DNA from: Octopus bimaculoides
Lineage: Eukaryota
Assembly (NCBI RefSeq): GCF_001194135.2
Contig: NC_068984.1
Coordinates: 25,674,225-25,738,224, forward strand
DNA: 64,000 nt
Direction of reading: 5' to 3'
The notes below the pieces were generated by a model. The model was not told the DNA's origin. It was given only the letters and a program-made list of their open reading frames with translations, and ran no database searches. The stretch's first letter is position 1, and each line of letters starts with the position of its first letter. A program made the translations under genes and the position numbers. Shown here piece after piece: positions 61,311-64,000 of the stretch.

Positions 61311-64000
61311 AAGTATTCCTGGTATTGATTACTTTTTTCTTGTTTGTTATCACTAACATTCACATACACACACACACGTATATACATGCACAGTTTCTGT
61401 TCACTGTCTTCTGTTTGCAACCCAAAACTAGGTTAGAAAACACATGACCTGGTTGTAGTGCAGTGGAATTGAACCGAAGTTGCTAAATAAACTCCTTAAC
61501 CATATAACCATTCCTGGTTGGATTAATAACTTTTACAAATTCAGATATTTGAATTTATCCAAGGAAATATCAATATCATTTGTCATCTACAGAAACATGT
61601 ATAAATCTCTAAAATTAAATCAACTTCAATAAGTTAATCCATTTCTAATTGTATCGGTCATAAGAGGACTTTGTTCTGTACAGGCAGCAATATGGTGTGA
61701 TGTCAACTAGCTCAGTTCTAATGACATCAGAATTTGATAGTTCCAATTTAAATCTTACTCTATATCTGCCCAAGTATCAACATCTAGCTCACAACTCTTG
61801 TTCACCATTTGTCCAAATTATGACAAATCTGTTTTGCATGTATGTGTCAATGCCTCATGCCTAACTGCATTCCCAGTTCATTTGCACTCAGTCTCTGTAT
61901 GCTCCTATTACACAGCCAATGGATCATAAACACACCTATTCAAGTCTCTCAATATTTTCTTCTTTTCAGCTTTTACTGTATGTATGAATGAACATGCAAG
62001 TTCCATGATGAAATTTGCATCTCAAATGCCTATTTTGTATATTGAGTTGCAACAATGGCAACAGGTAGCAAACCTTTTCAGGAGGAAACTTTAACATTTG
62101 ACATTATGCTTCAACTAACAAAATAATTAACTTATCTAAGTAATGAAATATCAAAAATAAGTGAAACATTAAGCTACATCATCAACATATGATCTGTGCA
62201 ACTTGTTAGTAGCAGCAATGTATTTAGATATTGAATCTCAGTCAGTATACATGAAGTTTCGATTTCATTTGCTGTATCAATTACTTGTATGAATTACATA
62301 ATATAAATCTTAAGTGATACCCTATTGCTTTCTAAATTCTCTCAAATTTAAATTAGATATGACATTGATTTATATTTGTCAAATCTGTGCTACACTACTG
62401 CTTTAACCCTTTAGCATTTAAACTGGCCATATCTGGTCAAAATATTCTACTTGTTTAATGCTCAAACAGGCCAAATCTGGTCTCTTACACCTACCCTACA
62501 ATGTCATGCTAAAGCAAACAATCACACTATAGAAATCTCAAAGCTACAAGATAATGCATGATTTATTCAAAAGAATGTGAATAAATGAGCATTAAATATT
62601 TTTGGTTTTGAATATAATAAAATTCAAATTATCTTCTCAAATGTGTAAAGAAAAAAAGAAAGAAAAAAATCAAAATTTTGAAGTCTCATTTTACAAAAAC
62701 AGTATGTATAAAAATATTGTTTTTATAAAAGTTTAGAATAAGAATTAGAGTACTAAGAAAAATAATTAGGCTAGATAATTTACTATTAGTACTGTTAATG
62801 AGAACACTGCACTTCAAGTAACTATGGAATGCAATACTAAAAAGTTGCACAGCAAAATTTATTATTAAAAGATAACACCTAATAGGAAAAAATCTAAGAC
62901 CAATCAGATTTTAAACCAAGGCATTGTCATAAAATCAAATACTGAAATGACATGCTTGTGTTGAGAGAGGTATGGGTTTTCAAAAGGATACCTTTTGAGT
63001 GATATCAAATAAGGGTTACAGATTCATGTCTGTGTAAAAAAAAAAAAGTACAAAAATGAGAATAATGAACGCTAGACATGTCACCATCTAAACACTAAAA
63101 TGTCAATCTTGTACAAGAATGTAATGCTGTTTCCAATGAAATTTAAGAGAAGAATGAACAAGAATTGAAAAATCAACATAAAATTTATCTGAAAACTACA
63201 AACTATGACAGAGCTTTACAATAAAATAGTAAGCATAGTTGAGAAAAAGTTTCTAAATTAAATTGTTTGAAGTTTCAAGACTAAAACCATTCCATTGCTG
63301 AAGTTGAAATTATTTGTAAATAAAGAAATTAATCCAACATTTTGAAGTTCAATTTAGATTCTCACAAATCATTATTTTATATTTGTTTTTATCTCCACAT
63401 TTGCAGGGCCAAATTACTTAAATAGGTGAAATAAATGATCAATATCTATTTACTAATAAATTAGTTTATTAGGAAAAATAAAAGCTAATTAACATAGTAA
63501 GCATATGTCTTGGCAATATATTATAAACCTTTGCAATCTTGATGTTGGCCATAGTACACCCAGCCTGCGCCCACCCGTACAGTGCGCTAGACCGATGGTG
63601 CTGCACGCTTTGCGGCTCCATGAACCTCAGTTCTAGTTAGTTCAAAACTCTCTTTTGACTCACAATAGAAACATTTTATTTACATCACCAATGTTGTTAA
63701 GTGGAGGAATATGGCATAGTGGTTTGGGTGTTGGATTCATCATCATGAGATGATGGATTTTGATTCTCAGGCTAGATGGCACATTGTGTCCTTGGGCAAC
63801 GCTCTTCATTTCACATTGCTTCAGTTGACTTGGCTGAAAATGAGCACCAGCAACAACAACAGGGGAATTAATCCTTCCACCCACTGGTATCCTGTTTGTG
63901 AGTTCAGAACTCTCTGTTGTTTTAAACACCGTAGAAGAAACTGGTACAAGCTCCAATATAATGGGTCCAGTGGCTTGAGACAGACTTTAATGTTTTGGGG

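Noticed and set aside
60441-64000. Search for the preceding STT3B exon (..GSFDNEGIAIFAL..YYLW)
   Set aside because: Not found by eye on the minus strand; presumed to lie beyond the window end.

Overview
AT-rich, repeat-dense eukaryotic genomic DNA from a gapped draft assembly (nine N runs). The SINE/LINE repertoire and microsatellite load look like an octopus (inference, not proven). The only well-supported host gene is STT3B, the catalytic subunit of oligosaccharyltransferase, on the minus strand. Eleven GT-AG coding exons run from 60439 down to the stop at 40245. The 5' exons lie beyond the window, and one internal exon required by reading frame and homology is absent and probably sits in the N gap at 49812-50216. 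A possible early exon of a second minus-strand gene lies at 388-485. Positions ~1.3-39 kb contain no recognisable host exons and are filled with decayed mobile elements: CR1-group, L1/Tx1, RTE, Dong/R4 and HERO-like LINEs; maT (DD37D), mariner, hAT, pogo-like and piggyBac-like DNA elements; and at least four SINE families. An Academ-like XPG+Cys transposon remnant sits inside a STT3B intron. The most interesting non-coding observations are (1) a minimal type I hammerhead ribozyme with a compensatory U3-A8 core in a Penelope-like fragment (21915-21956, minus) and (2) a ~350-bp fold-back palindrome carrying two degenerate hammerhead-like motifs in the last STT3B intron. Repeat boundaries are approximate, and family names come from motif recognition without database searches.
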